From: Bigelowiella natans CCMP2755
Lineage: Eukaryota; Protista; Cercozoa
Length of the DNA stretch: 64,000 nucleotides
NCBI GenBank assembly: GCA_000320545.1
Contig: ADNK01001417.1
Span: 1 to 64,000 of the forward strand
Direction: 5' to 3'
This document shows, in pieces, positions 1 to 12,805 of the stretch (within the stretch, counting starts at the first letter, position 1; each line of letters begins with the position of its first letter). The notes under the pieces are model-generated. The model had not been told where the DNA came from and ran no database searches. It saw only the letters and a list, made by a program, of their open reading frames with translations. The position numbers and the translations under genes are program-made.

Positions 1-14
1 TGTGTCGTGTGTCG

Positions 15-53
<39 letters not shown>

Positions 54-315
54 CGTGCATGTGTTTGTGCGTGTGTGTGTGTGTGTTCAGTTGTGCAGAG
101 TGCACAAAAGCTCCAACCGGTGCCACACGTGCAACGACATGCTAGCATGGCTCTTGTGAGGTGCAAAATGTGCGACTCTGACCTTCCTTCAAGGCCCAAC
201 ATGTTCGAAGAGGCAAAATTGGGTGCCATTGCGAAGAGAAAGGCGTCCATGTTGCAGCAGTGAGTGAGCGTGTTTGTGTGTTCACACATTTCTGTGTGTG
301 TGTGTGTGTGCATGC

Positions 316-356
<41 letters not shown>

Positions 357-1520
357 CATGCAATCAAACACCACGATGCCAGCTCTGGAGGATTGTGTGT
401 TCCGGATCTGCACATGCATCTTGTGTGGTCAGCACACAGGTATGACTGGCACACATCCTTCAAACCATCCTCCTTGCAGCTTCTCCTGATGTGACGCCAT
501 TCGTCCTCAGCAACCGAGAACGTTGCCTCAAGTTCTCCCCATGGCAAGGACACGTCCAATTGGACATGTCTTCCCGTCCAGCCTCCTCGTCACATGACCC
601 CAACCGTACTTTGGCAGAGAAATCACACTGTCGTGTGCAACTACGACCCCGTTGTGTTTGTGATGCATCCTCACATGACTCCCGTTCTTCAACACACACT
701 TCTCTGAATTTGACATGAGGTTGGTGTGGTGTGCTGGGGTTGGCCCCAATGAGCTCGTGTGGAAAAAAGTTGCGAGCGTTACCAGAGATTTCACGTCAAT
801 TTCGGCCAAAGAAATCCATGGATGTTCACACATGAAATTCGATTTTTTGCAAGGAAATCTTCGTTTTTAGTTCAAATCCTAAAAAAATTTTCGGCTGCCG
901 CCGAAATGAGGCACACCTTGAAAGTCCGCGCATCCCTGCCGGGATTCCCGGGGAGTGAGAAACCCTTGTCATCATGGGGGCTTTTGGCACCGGTGCACAT
1001 CTCTGGAAAAATCACACGTGCCTCATCTTTAATCCAAGTTTGAACCCGCTCAACCCACATCTCAGTTGTTTCCCACCAAGACCAGTCTTGTCGAGTGTGT
1101 CGGCGTCATCACCGGCAGTGGTGGTCAATTGTGGCGGTGCGTGGCAATGCGCACGCAAGCGCACGCACATCGCTCCAGTGCTGGCCAACTGTGGACATGT
1201 GTGTTGCATGCATTGTGCACACTGCGTCCATTTTCCAGCTGGGCGCACCTCTTTGCCTCCCATGCTAGCATGTCAACACTGATCGATGATTCAAATCGAG
1301 ACATGTTTCCAAGGCGTGCTGTGCTCGAGTCATCCGTTGCTTCCCGTGCCGTGGAGTGTGCCATGGCGATTTTGATCATGCACGGCACCAGTATGCCATG
1401 TGCGTCGTTGCGTGCGTGCAGCGTGCAAGTAGCCATGTGCATGTGTGTGTTTGCATGCATGTTCTTGCGGTGCAGCCCTTGCTAGCTTGAACCAAATGTC
1501 ACGCAGTGTCATGCTGGAAA
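1..1520. other. TpA-depleted degenerate domain (probable decayed gene/repeat) with (TG)n and mixed TG/CA tracts
   Basis: Hand count of 12 TA in 1-1500, 3 of them in CTAG; ORFs here are nearly Tyr-free and Cys/His/Met-rich; exon-like block 91-260 between TTCAG and GTGAG is flanked by (TG)n. Confidence 0.75.
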
Positions 1521-1539
1521 CAATGTACGCATAGCTCAG

Positions 1540-1670
1540 ACATCATCTAGATCATGGGAGCACAATAATGTGTGATATGTGCGTGAAGCATCTCTAGATC
1601 TAGACATCTCTAGATCTAGCTAGCTAGACATGCATGCATCTGACTCATCTACTAGATCTAGACATATACT
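1540..1670. repeat. CTAG/CATG-rich tract downstream of YOR238W-like gene
   Basis: tctctagatctagacatctctagatctagctagctagacatgcatgcat. Confidence 0.8.
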
Positions 1671-1893
1671 GTCTCCAGCAGTTATGCAAACTCGGTTTCA
1701 TCCTCCTTGGCCGATCATGCACAGAATTCTGTTTGAGCCAGCCAGAGTTTATCTTCATTTGCAATACGAACCATGTGATGAGTCTCATCATGCACATCGA
1801 AGTACGTGGAAATTTTGGCCGTCTTCAATGAAGATTGACGAATGATTTCTTCTGGCTTGATGCAAAACTCTGTCAAGTATTTGCAGAAAATGC

Positions 1894-2989
1894 TCATAAT
1901 TCTTTGTGATTACTTGTCCACGGGAGTGGTCCTGAATATTAGTCGGATTCGGACGCAATGAACTTTGTGATGCAATGGAATTTGAAAGAAATACTACATT
2001 GGTGCATTAAATGACCTTCGTAAAGAGTCTCGTCGCAGTGATTGAAAAGGCCAGCAATATCAGGGCAGCCCTACATAACCGATCAACATCAGAAAAGGTG
2101 TTCTACAAATGTGTTACACATTAGTAAGGTATGTAATTCTTGGTAAATACTACCTTCGGATACGATATTTGCTTCTTGAATGGGTTACGCGTTGATTTCT
2201 TTAATGCCAATACTCCCTGGCACCCGTACCTATCAACATCCACACCAAAATAGAAACAATCAAAATTGCTCAAGAGTACCTCTCGGTACTTCTCTCATAT
2301 GTAGATGAATGAGGGGCTAAATTCTCCTGTAATAACACCATGCTCAGCACCCATTACATTGCTATCACTATAATGACAATTGTATTTCCTCCTTCCCTCC
2401 CTATTGTCCGGTCTTACGGGTCTTTTTTGAAAGGAATGAGCGAGTTCTTTTTCTCCCCGTCATATACATCCCTAAAAAATCATTTGCACGATAAAGCTAC
2501 AGTAAGTGGAGAGAAAGGGGGAGGGGGAGGGAACTAGTTAATATCTGACTGTGGCATCGGATGGTTCTGATCAACATCGACCTGATGAAACCAAAGAGAA
2601 AATGTGGTTGGTGGCGCAAGACAGAGTTCAGAATCAATTTGAATTTCAATGATCAATTTTGCAGTGACATATGTTGTGCAACGTAATTCCTACCCCGACG
2701 TAATGAAACTTATCTGATGGCCATCGAATTGCCTCCCTGAAGGATTGATATGTGAAAGTTGAAAATGTAATGTTGGGCGCAGACACGCAACATTTCCAAC
2801 TCTCTCTTTCTCTCCCCACCTATGCAAGGTCTCAAATCTCTGCTTCTTGAAGGTGAATGAAATGACGGTGATGGTTTCGGGATAGCTGCCTTCAAAACAA
2901 AACAAACAATGAGATTTGTGCTAGGCCATAACGATAGGCGAATAAACCAAATCTGAGGTGATCGAATTACATGCGCACGACAAAGAAGG

Positions 2990-3040
<51 letters not shown>

Positions 3041-3530
3041 AGAGAGAGAGGGATTGCGGTGGTGGTAGTAAAAACGATGATGAAAGGTCCCACCGACAAC
3101 TTCTTTGAATCGGCATATGGAGAACAGTAAATTTTCGAAGCTGAATAGATTGAGGACGTCAGTTATTAGGATATGGCATGCTGAGCGTCTCCTAATTTCT
3201 CACAATATTTGTTTTCTTCTCTCTCATGGAGCTGCTGTCCGTAGTTACCTGTCTCTTGCATGCTCTTCAGTAACAGCTCGATCTCGTACACTGGATGGTT
3301 TTCCAAACCTGATGGATGATGACGGAAGTACAGCAGATATATTAGTCTAAATTTGTTATTGATGATCATCATCATCACCACTACCACCATTCTTTATCAT
3401 GATTGTGTTAAGATAGACAAGTTGTACGAACCATCCTTTATCATGATTGTGTTAGGATAGACAAGCTGTACGAACCATCCATGGGCGTCCGCAACCCACC
3501 AGTAACTCTGTGCTTCGCTCCTAAGTTGTA

Positions 3531-3575
<45 letters not shown>

Positions 3576-4868
3576 GTGTGTGTGTGTTGAAGGAATAGTG
3601 AGAGAAAAGGGGAAGAGGAAGTGGTGGTAGTAGGGTTTAAAGAGAAGGTTGCACAAGTCCTACATCTTCGTCACTCCAATTAAACTTGGTATACATTTTC
3701 TGTATCATCGATGACTTGTGTACACTCTACAATTTATGGTCGTGTTGGTACTATTTAATACTTACCAAATGAAAGTGTGGGTGATTAGTGGCTCTGCATT
3801 TCGTTGATGCTATTATCGTCACTATCATTATGCAGAAGTACATCACACCTTGGGCCTCCTTCAAGCCTCGTTTCACCCCCGCTGAACACCAGTAGTGCCT
3901 GGGTGGAAGAGACACAGCAGCAGCCAGCAGATTCATCATCAACTTGGAAGTAAAGAGGGCCTAAATACTCCCGCTTCTGACCTTCTCGTTGTTGGCTGCA
4001 ATTTCTACTCCTACGCATTAGGAAAAAAATGTTTAGGTTGGGTGTCATCTGCTCTAATAAGCATCCCATGCAGTGATGTAATCAAGTACCTGCGCGGATG
4101 TGATTGAGAAAGGCAGGAAGCTGTTTTTCCTGATAGCTCATAAGAATCCAGGGTGACTTAAAGTCATCTGCATCCTATAGCAAAACCAACTAGATGAGCG
4201 CTATGCCCGATGTGCCGTAACAATTTCGAAGCATGGTTATCATTATTCTTCAATTGCACACGGAGGTGAAGGAGGAGGCTGAGGGAAAGCAGGCGAATGA
4301 ACAAGCTTCTACTGTCTACTACAAAAAGGAGATTCGACCTCAAAGTTAGCACCCGTGAAAACTGAATGCCCTGCAACTACAATTAGGTCCTTGCACTCCC
4401 TCCACAGCTGCTCGGTTTTATCCTTGTTTGGAGGCTGAATAATGTCACGATTGAATGAGTCCATCAGCTTTCGGTGCATAAGTGATGCGTAATTGGAAGC
4501 CGGGTATATGAGGGTGGAGTATACCGTGGATAATTCTGTTCCCCGTGCACCGTTTGTGTGCATATATGGCCCGCTTTTATCATAAGATCATTGGTCATTG
4601 AATAAGAATGCTTGTCATCACCACCGCCAGCCGCACCACGGTACTACCACCTGTGAAATCCAATTGAGAAGTTGAGAACCAGCACTGTAGCAACGCTTCC
4701 GAGGATCAAACCCAGCAGCAAGCTGGCGGGATGCGACTGCACCCAGAATCGCTTTACCGAAAGCCTGAGGAGGAAAGGGGAGACCGCACGTCATCGTCGC
4801 ATCCAAACCAAATTAGCCGAATTTTTGCATGACCTGCCTCCTTGTAGTACTGAAGAATACAGAGACAT
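1894..4868 (-). CDS. YOR238W/SPAC57A10.07-family (DUF218-like Rossmann-fold) protein with N-terminal membrane anchor, multi-exon
   Basis: Spliced exons give LIVVAGHSVF, ALLVFSGGETRLEGGPRSEAQSYW, VRDRAVTEEHARDSFENLLFSICRFKE, YPETITVISFTFKKQRFETLHR, YGCQGVLALKKSTRNPF, GPLPWTSNHKEL*; hydrophobic SLLLGLILGSVATVLVLNF near the N-terminus; start at 4868 is tentative. Confidence 0.8.
3387..3480. repeat. 44-bp tandem duplication spanning an exon end and 5' splice site
   Basis: ccattctttatcatgattgtgttaagatagacaagttgtacgaa (3387-3430) vs ccatcctttatcatgattgtgttaggatagacaagctgtacgaa (3431-3474). Confidence 0.9.
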
Positions 4869-5137
4869 TAAAGGAGGCGGAGGATCAGGAGACGGGGGAG
4901 GAGGGGAAGGAGGCCGCCCAACATGCACAGCCTGGGGCTATCTGAACTTCGAATTGATTTGAACAGGTTCTCATAGGCAAGAAGAAGACGATCCAGGTAT
5001 TTCCCGGTATTATCCGGTATTTTCGTCTTATATCCGGTATTTGCCCGGAAATATCCCGGAGAATATCCGGAGAGAACCCACACAAAAACGCGCCAGACCC
5101 CTCCTCGTCCTGGACACGGAGTCTGGCATCGTGCCGG
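4869..5137. promoter_or_regulatory. Bidirectional promoter with phased CCGG motifs
   Basis: 269 bp between divergent ATGs; CCGG at 5004, 5014, 5034, 5045, 5056, 5067. Confidence 0.6.
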
Positions 5138-6040
5138 ATGGTGGCCGAGTCTAGCAATGAAGCCATTGCTGTGGTGAAAGATCTTGTTGCTGGAACGGTA
5201 GGAGGATGTGGGGGGATAGTTGCGGGCCAGCCGTTGGACACGATCAAGGTTCGCCTGCAGAGTCCGAAAACAAGGAATTTGTACACAGGTGTACTGCACT
5301 GCTTTCAGAAAGTCGTTAAGGACGAGGGTTTTTTGGCTTTCTTCAAAGGAATAACGTCCCCGCTAATTGGAAATGTTCCTATGCAAGCTGTAGTATTTGG
5401 CATGAATGGGAATGCCAACCGGTTGATGGACAAATATATTCCCTCCCTACGAGAGAAAAAAGACGATGTTAGTCGAAAGCCGAATTTCGTTCGGCTTTAC
5501 ATTGCTGGATCATGGGCAGGAGTTGGTCAGCTTTCTGTATGTGTACCTGTTGAGCTCGTGAAGTGCAGGCTCCAGGTGCAGCAGGATGCTAAAGTTAAAC
5601 TCTACAATGGCCCCTTAGATTGTGTGAAGAAAATATGGAAGAACAATGGAGCGCTAGGTTTTTATCGAGGTTTTTGGCCTACATTCTGGCGTGATGGGCC
5701 CACATATGGACTCTACTTTGTAGTATACGAGTTTTTCAAGTGGAAGACATTAGATGAAGAAGGGAATAGCTCTATGTCATCTCTTTTATTTGCTGGTGGT
5801 ATGGCCGGAGTATGCACATGGCTATTCACGTATCCTTTTGATGTTGTAAAATCTGTCATTCAAACTCTTCCAGATAATGCTCCAAGACAGGAAATGTCGA
5901 TGATATATCAATTTTCCACGAATTACAAGCTACATGGTACCAAATTCTTCACGCAAGGCTTGAGTGCTTGCCTTATTAGGGCTATCCCTGCAAACGCAGC
6001 TACGTTTCTGCTCTACGAATTAACTCTCAAGTTTATTTGA
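5138..6040 (+). CDS. Mitochondrial carrier (SLC25; carnitine/basic amino acid carrier-like), intronless
   Basis: 300 aa with three Px(D/E)xxK signatures: PLDTIKVRLQ, PVELVKCRLQ, PFDVVKSVIQ. Confidence 0.95.
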   Translation: MVAESSNEAIAVVKDLVAGTVGGCGGIVAGQPLDTIKVRLQSPKTRNLYTGVLHCFQKVVKDEGFLAFFKGITSPLIGNVPMQAVVFGMNGNANRLMDKYIPSLREKKDDVSRKPNFVRLYIAGSWAGVGQLSVCVPVELVKCRLQVQQDAKVKLYNGPLDCVKKIWKNNGALGFYRGFWPTFWRDGPTYGLYFVVYEFFKWKTLDEEGNSSMSSLLFAGGMAGVCTWLFTYPFDVVKSVIQTLPDNAPRQEMSMIYQFSTNYKLHGTKFFTQGLSACLIRAIPANAATFLLYELTLKFI

Positions 6041-6199
6041 AATCAGATTATAATTTATGTAGAGAAGCAGGATAGGACCAGGACGGAGCTAAGTGTATTA
6101 GATCGACATGAATGTACAACAGTAGAGAGTCGTTGTCAGTTCGCACATGATAATCAACCATCAACATGTATGTATAATTGTTAGTTTTATTGACGAACA

Positions 6200-6572
6200 T
6201 GCACATCGCCATGTCCATCAGAAATAAAAATTAGCTTCAATATATCATCATGCATATGTTTTGTGCATGTTCCGTGTATCTTTTCTAGTTTTCGTTTCGT
6301 CGTCGCGCATCACTATCTAGCTATGCTGGTATGCGATGGCATGGCAGTATAGGGTTGATATATGTTTGATATGTGTGGTGACAATTGTGGTGTGCAATGC
6401 TACGCTAGAATGGGTATATATGGGCAAGAAAGCAAATGATCCACAATCTAATTGATTATCATTACTATAGCTAGATTACTACATCCGACTATTATACATC
6501 TTCGATGATGTTGCACGCTGCGCATGTGTGCACACACGACAGACGTACATGTATACGCACTTATTACACACT

Positions 6573-6611
<39 letters not shown>

Positions 6612-6950
6612 CCTAGTAGCTACTAGACATCACACATCATGCACTATACGTGATAGCCCGCACATGATCGGCTAGATGAGTCGGACTAATATTGACGCTG
6701 CAGCGTCAGCCACATGCACACGCACACACCTATGCATATTACTTGTTATTGTGCGCGCACCGAGCTCATATATGTATAGGTCTATCTAGCTAGCTAGACG
6801 ACGGGTGAATATTTGCGGCAACCCTGCTACATGCTAGCGCGAGCGCATATGTGTCAATACCCAATGCGTGCTTGCTAGCAGCCAGCTATGTATGCAATAC
6901 GAGATATATCATCCTATCTATCGTATCGTATGTGCTACGTTCTGGAAAAT
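6200..6950. repeat. CTAG/CATG/TGCA-rich convergent intergenic tract
   Basis: ctagctagctag, gctagc, gcgcat, (CA)n between carrier (+) and RPL37A (-) 3' ends. Confidence 0.75.
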
Positions 6951-7320
6951 TGTAGAAAAAGAATATGATGTAGAAGATAATGATGTAGTTTGCTATGTGT
7001 GCGCATGTTCGGTGACCCAGTGTGTATCAAATAAGAGCGATAAAAGACTAAAAAAGATATTTTAACCCTATATTTTAAATTGTTCCAATATGCGTATGAA
7101 CATATCTGAACATACACGCACCGTACGAAGGGACAGGAAGAGAGGGAGTAGGAGAGCGAGCGAGATAGAGGGGGGGGGAAGAGAAGGGTATAGACTCACA
7201 CATAACAATAAACTAATACGATAACACACTACGCACACACGCACACACACCAAGTGTGTATTTTTAGAACGTTTTATATTTTTTATAACAATTTCATGAG
7301 AAGGGAGGCAGAGGGAGCGA

Positions 7321-7377
<57 letters not shown>

Positions 7378-7847
7378 GGAGAGGGAGAGGGAGAGAGGAA
7401 GAGGAAAGGGAAGAGGGTGATCGAGAATGGGAGAGGTAGAGAATCAGAGGATTCTATGCATAACCATATATTAAATGATATTATTTACGGTCTAAATGAA
7501 TTTAGCATATCTAGATGTCAATACGTAAATATAACTTCTCCATATTTCTTCAACTTGAAAGCGTGATCACAATGTATAAAACAAATCGGTAGTATGAAAG
7601 AATGTGTACGTCTTTTGTTTGTTAGTAGTAGGGCAGTTCACTGTAGAGAGAAATCAATTATCTGATATCGAATGAGTATCCTTAGATGGCCATAATTAAA
7701 ATTAAATGAAATTGGTTTCATGTAACATATAGATACAGCCTACATGATAGCTACAAATTAATCATATGATTTTCTATGTAAAACTTGCGGCAACATGTAA
7801 CAGATATCTCGTGCTATCAGCGAAATCATTTGCCCAGGACTTTTAAT

Positions 7848-8188
7848 TTACTCGACCTTAGCTTCTCGCAGACGGCGAATGGTCGACATAACAGCTGCAT
7901 TTGTAGATGTACGAGGATCCCATGCACCACCAGAGATTGTCTTACGGCAACCCTTACATTTCCAAATACCGACGCATGAGCGCTTCATGGTGTCCTTTCC
8001 GCAGAACTGGCAAGTGTAGGTTGCGTGCTGGCTAACTTCCATCTTCTTGATGAGCTTACGAAGGGAAGCACCGTAACGTGTTCCGTATTTACCAACTACT
8101 CCGACCTTTCTTGTACGTTTTCCCTGCAATCACAATTTTGCATTAATACTCAATTGCCATGAGGGTGGAGGGGGGGAAAGGTTACCAT
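7848..8188 (-). CDS. RPL37A: 60S ribosomal protein L37a (eL43)
   Basis: ATG (8186-8188) alone in exon 1, GT-AG intron 8124-8185, then [23 protein letters not shown]...CQFCGK...CKGC. Confidence 0.97.
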
Positions 8189-8703
8189 GATGTCCGCTTC
8201 GGCTTTTTGGCGTCGGCGAATTACAAACACGATAAATATTTTTCAACGATTTTCTCCAAAACAATTTCTCGGTTTTTACACCAATGAGCTGAAGGAGATA
8301 TTTCAGAGACTCTCTGCATAGTTTCTATCATGAAACTGTTCCACAGATGCGACAAGGATCAGGATCGGTTCTAAGCTAAAAATGGGTGGGTTAGCGTGAG
8401 AATTTACCAAAACTGGCCTTTCTCTACGTCGACGTCGATCAATCTGGAGGCTCTCGATGTAAATCATGCGACAAGCTGATCTCATTGACGTCCAAGGAAA
8501 ACATAATGGATTACTGTCATGAGACACATGTTCCATTCAGAGAACATTTAGGCACAGTGTGTCATACTGTGTATTAAAATAAGTGAGTTATGATCCAACG
8601 ACTAAAGTATTTCACCTGATTTAGTTGGAAAAAGACTGCATTCTCATTTGTTTTAGCTAAAAAGCTAAGTCTGATTTGTACGTCACATCCTTCATAACAA
8701 AAG

Positions 8704-10189
8704 ATGGCCGCCCTGACACGCCCCCTTTATGCTTCGCTCGCGGTCTCCGCAGTCCTACTTACCGCCCTCGTGGCGCTCCGTTCGAGGACGAATAACGTGG
8801 CATTGGGTATCAGAACTAGAGCTGCTGCTTCTAGCTTAGTGAGTCCAGCGCTCGCTCGTGTCCAGGCGCGACAATTCATCAAGCAGTCTATTCCTCCCTC
8901 CTTCCAGTGCCCGGTCATATTAGAAAAGATCGCACATTAAATCCACATTCTAGATTGGCGAAACAATTACATGCGCCATATTATAATAGAATCGAAAGTA
9001 GCATCATATTTTTTGCTGCATTTCTAGGTGCATAGACAACAGGGATTTTTTTACATTTATACACTTGTTTCATATATTTGTATTTTAATATATTCATTAT
9101 ATATTTTACTTTGTGTCTTCAACAGCGCGGAGCAACTCGCCCTCTTCGTTCTTACGCTGAATTGCAGCAAATTGCCAACGAAGCTCACGAAGGTACAATG
9201 CGAAGTATACGATTCTCCTCTTCTCATGAAATTCAAGCTTTGCCTTTTAAACATTCTTTCCATAGGCAACAAAATGCTTATTGCCCCTTCTATCCTCTCG
9301 GCAAATTTCGCGAAGCTGGGTGAGGATGTCGACAGGGTTCTTGCTGATGGCGCTGACGTTGTTCACTTCGATGTAATGGATAACCACTACGTGCCCAATC
9401 TTACTATCGGCCCCATGGTTTGCAAGGCACTTCGCGATCATGGTTAAACTCTATTCTGCAGTTCAACAGAATATTGTGCTCACATTCCTTCCTCTTTAAA
9501 AGGTGTAACTGCACCTATCGATGTTCACCTGATGGTGAGTCCTGTTGACCGCATCATCCCGGACTTTATTGCAGCTGGGGCAAGCTACATCACCTTCCAC
9601 CCTGAGGTATTACCAGAGTTTTTCTAATCCTAAAATTGTTCTAACCTGTCCTCTTTTTTTGTAGGCTTCTCTCCACGTTGATCGTTCCTTGCAGATGATC
9701 AAAGATGCAGGCCTTAAGTGTGGTCTGGTCTTCAACCCTGCCACTCCTTTGGACATCCTTGAATACGTTATTGACAAGGTAGACATCAATGATAAATTGC
9801 ATGAGTTCACCTCTAATATGCATTATACGTGTTCAGGTTGATATCGTCCTTCTTATGTCCGTCAATCCTGGATTTGGAGGACAGAAATTCATCCCTAACA
9901 CTCTTGAGAAGGCCAAAAAGGCTCGCGCGCTTATCGATGCTGAGATGGCTCGCAGTGGACGTAAGATCCGTCTAGAGATCGATGGTGGAGTTAGCCCTGC
10001 AAACATTAAGGTGGGTCTTTGTAAACATATTGGTGACCATCTCTGATTCACTTTCGTTTACAGGAAGTTGCAGCTGCAGGGGTTGACATGTTTGTTGCTG
10101 GTTCTGCTATCTTCAACACCCCTGACTACAAGGAAACCATCGACACCATGCGTGCGGAACTTGCTCAAGTTGAGCCAGTTTCTGCATAG
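8704..10189 (+). CDS. RPE: Plastid-targeted ribulose-phosphate 3-epimerase with bipartite presequence, multi-exon
   Basis: [58 protein letters not shown]; N-terminal hydrophobic signal [16 protein letters not shown] plus Arg/Ala/Ser-rich transit-like peptide. Confidence 0.96.
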
Positions 10190-10399
10190 GGAAGATGATT
10201 CTATCGCGGGTATTTCGACAAAGCAAATTCAGCTGACTAAATTACCATACAGCATCAGTATGTTCCGTAGTCGGGAACCATACACAGTGCGTATATTCGA
10301 TGTAATCGACCGAAAATACTAAATTTACAGAGGAATGAACAAGAGTGATTTCAAGAAAATATTGCACCGCTTCCTAATAATATGCTTCCATTATCCAGT

Positions 10400-11050
10400 C
10401 ATACCTGCTGTGTACATCGCGCGGTCTCTCAGCACGCACACATTACAAGTTAGATCGCAATACAATACATGTAAGCGCACATCCTCCAACGCATGCCTCC
10501 AAGCACATGCATAAACACGGCGGCGGCATGCAGGTCGCCGCTGAGCGACGATGTGCACCGACAATGGCGTGCATGCTAGCATGGACAGCTAGATGGCACA
10601 TACAAAGCAGAGCCGTCGCCAACAATAAGCAGCGCGGAATCATGGCACTACACATAGCACTTCTCGCATAGTTCTTGCGATGATGTCACAGTTGTCTTGC
10701 AACGCCGCACAGCAAAGTGGCAAACATTGTGGTCTAGTGGTGACCAACACAACATTCAATGGCTAGATAGACTAGCGCAGTGAATCGAATGTGAATCGTA
10801 TCACATGCGATAAAACAAGCATCGAAAATTGTGCATGCTGAAGCGCATACTCTAGTACTCTTGGCCTAGTGTTGCTTGCATTGCATTACTAGTTGCATGC
10901 ATCAAGACAATTTCTAGATTTTGACGATGGCAACACAGACGCATGAGCCGTTTCTAGACACGCGCTATTGAGGATTGAAACTAAGAAACAACATGAAGAA
11001 CTGCGAATTGGCATGTGCACACGCTAGGATCGACAATGAATGAGATGCTC
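10400..11050. repeat. CATG/TGCA/CTAG-rich convergent intergenic tract
   Basis: gcatgctagcatg, ggctagatagactagcg etc. between RPE (+) and WDR36 (-); partial TpA depletion. Confidence 0.7.
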
Positions 11051-11194
11051 AAGAATAAATGAGAAAGTTGTGTGCTCACGTATAAAATCTGGACATAAAC
11101 ATTGAAATTTCCAGAGAACTAAAGTCAAATTGTTTGGCTTATTTTACGACAGAAATTGATGCCTGGTATCTATCATTCGAACATGAACATATTC

Positions 11195-12224
11195 CTATTG
11201 TTGTATGCCAGATAAATGATTCACCATACAAAGCGTGTAATGGAACTGGCGCTCCACGGCACGCCAGGTTTCTTTTTGCACCTCCCGCACCGCTTTTAAT
11301 TTTTTCCTTAGCGTGAACTTATGAGACATTATATTTTCATGATGTACCTATAACAAAAGAAGTGTGTCATCACACGAATGAATTGAGTGCCAAACACCGC
11401 TAACATACCTTCAGAAACAGCGACAGGATGGCATTTATAAACTCGAAATTACGAAGTGATTTGATCTCAGCTTCAAAGTAAGTAAGAGCCGCGGCAAGAT
11501 CTCGTCTTTCCGTATTAGGATCAGATGCCAAATTTCTAATTTCGGCATCAATGGCAGAGGGACCGAGCCCACGGAGAAACTCTGTCACAGGTTGAAAAGG
11601 AGATGATAATGATGATGATGATGATTCCGAAGATGAATTCAGACTCTTCTCATCTCCTATTTCTCGTGGGTTACTCCCATTTCCCTTCGAATCCTTTGCA
11701 TTGTTGTTGTTGTTGTTGTTGTTCTTGTAAGCAGCAGCAGCAGTCACCATAAGCCTCGTCAGTCTGGATTCAGGTAATATCGAGCCAGATTTTCCATGTA
11801 CCCTCTGCTTGCTATCCCCTTCTTGCTCAAGTGACGACGCCAATGTTTCAGGGTTCAAAGTAGGATTTATTCCTGATGTCACATTGAGGAAGAAGGGGGC
11901 TTCCGGGGGTGCCTTGACGGGCATTGAAGGCTTATTTCTCTCCTTGATCATCTCTAGGCTGTTGAGATGTGCCCACCTTGATTCAGGGAGGCCGGAGAGA
12001 GTCAATGCTCCTTTGCACTTAGGGATGACACCCCCTTTCATATGAATTGTGGAAAACAATGAGTCGTCGTTGTCTTTCTCATCAGCATCTGCCTGCTGTT
12101 TCGCAACAGTACTACTCTGTGACGGGTCATTGGTATGTTCCAGTGATTCCACGTCAATCTCATGAGGCGTGCTTGGGACTCCACCGCCAAGATAGACATG
12201 CCCGCTGTAGGTCTGAGTAGTCAA

Positions 12225-12262
<38 letters not shown>

Positions 12263-12772
12263 CGAGAAATAATACATTGATATCAAAGCATATAACGCAT
12301 GAATCAATCATTACGGACCTTATTTGCCCAGAGGAATAACCCCACGTTTCCAGTGTGTGCGGTAACAAGAAAATCGCCTGAAAACATACGCGTATGACAA
12401 CACGCTTGTTAGTAAAAAAGTCAAAAATATCAATTAATCAATCAATCCGTGAAGATGCAGACGGTTCTAGGATATGTCTGCATCTATGTTCTTGCAACCT
12501 CTAGAAGAAAAGGCCAGAGAAACTGGTGCTTTGGAGAAAACCATCCAATCAATCATTCTTCCAGAGGGTATGTCAAACACACGAATGCCCCCTTGTAGTA
12601 GTAGCAGCAGCAGTGATAAGTTAAATTAGATGGCAAACACCAGTGCGATTTGTGAAAGTGAATGTACCATCCATGCAGCTTGTTCCCACCCACCGCCCAT
12701 CAGGCGAGAAAGCCATGTCCGTGATCTAAGTCGTCGTCATTACGATTTATATTACATTTGAGATAGCATATG

Positions 12773-12805
<33 letters not shown>

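Noticed and set aside
1-360. Telomeric repeat at window start
   Set aside because: Only (TG)n; no TTAGGG-type unit.
460-1512. Many overlapping 60-140 aa ORFs on both strands (also 17590-18792)
   Set aside because: They are by-products of TAA/TAG depletion: nearly Tyr-free, with no recognisable domains.
8398-8577. Fragment VDVDQSGGSRCKSCDKLI resembling a PARP-type zinc-finger start in the RPL37A/RPE gap
   Set aside because: No start codon, splice context or second half of the motif; could be chance.
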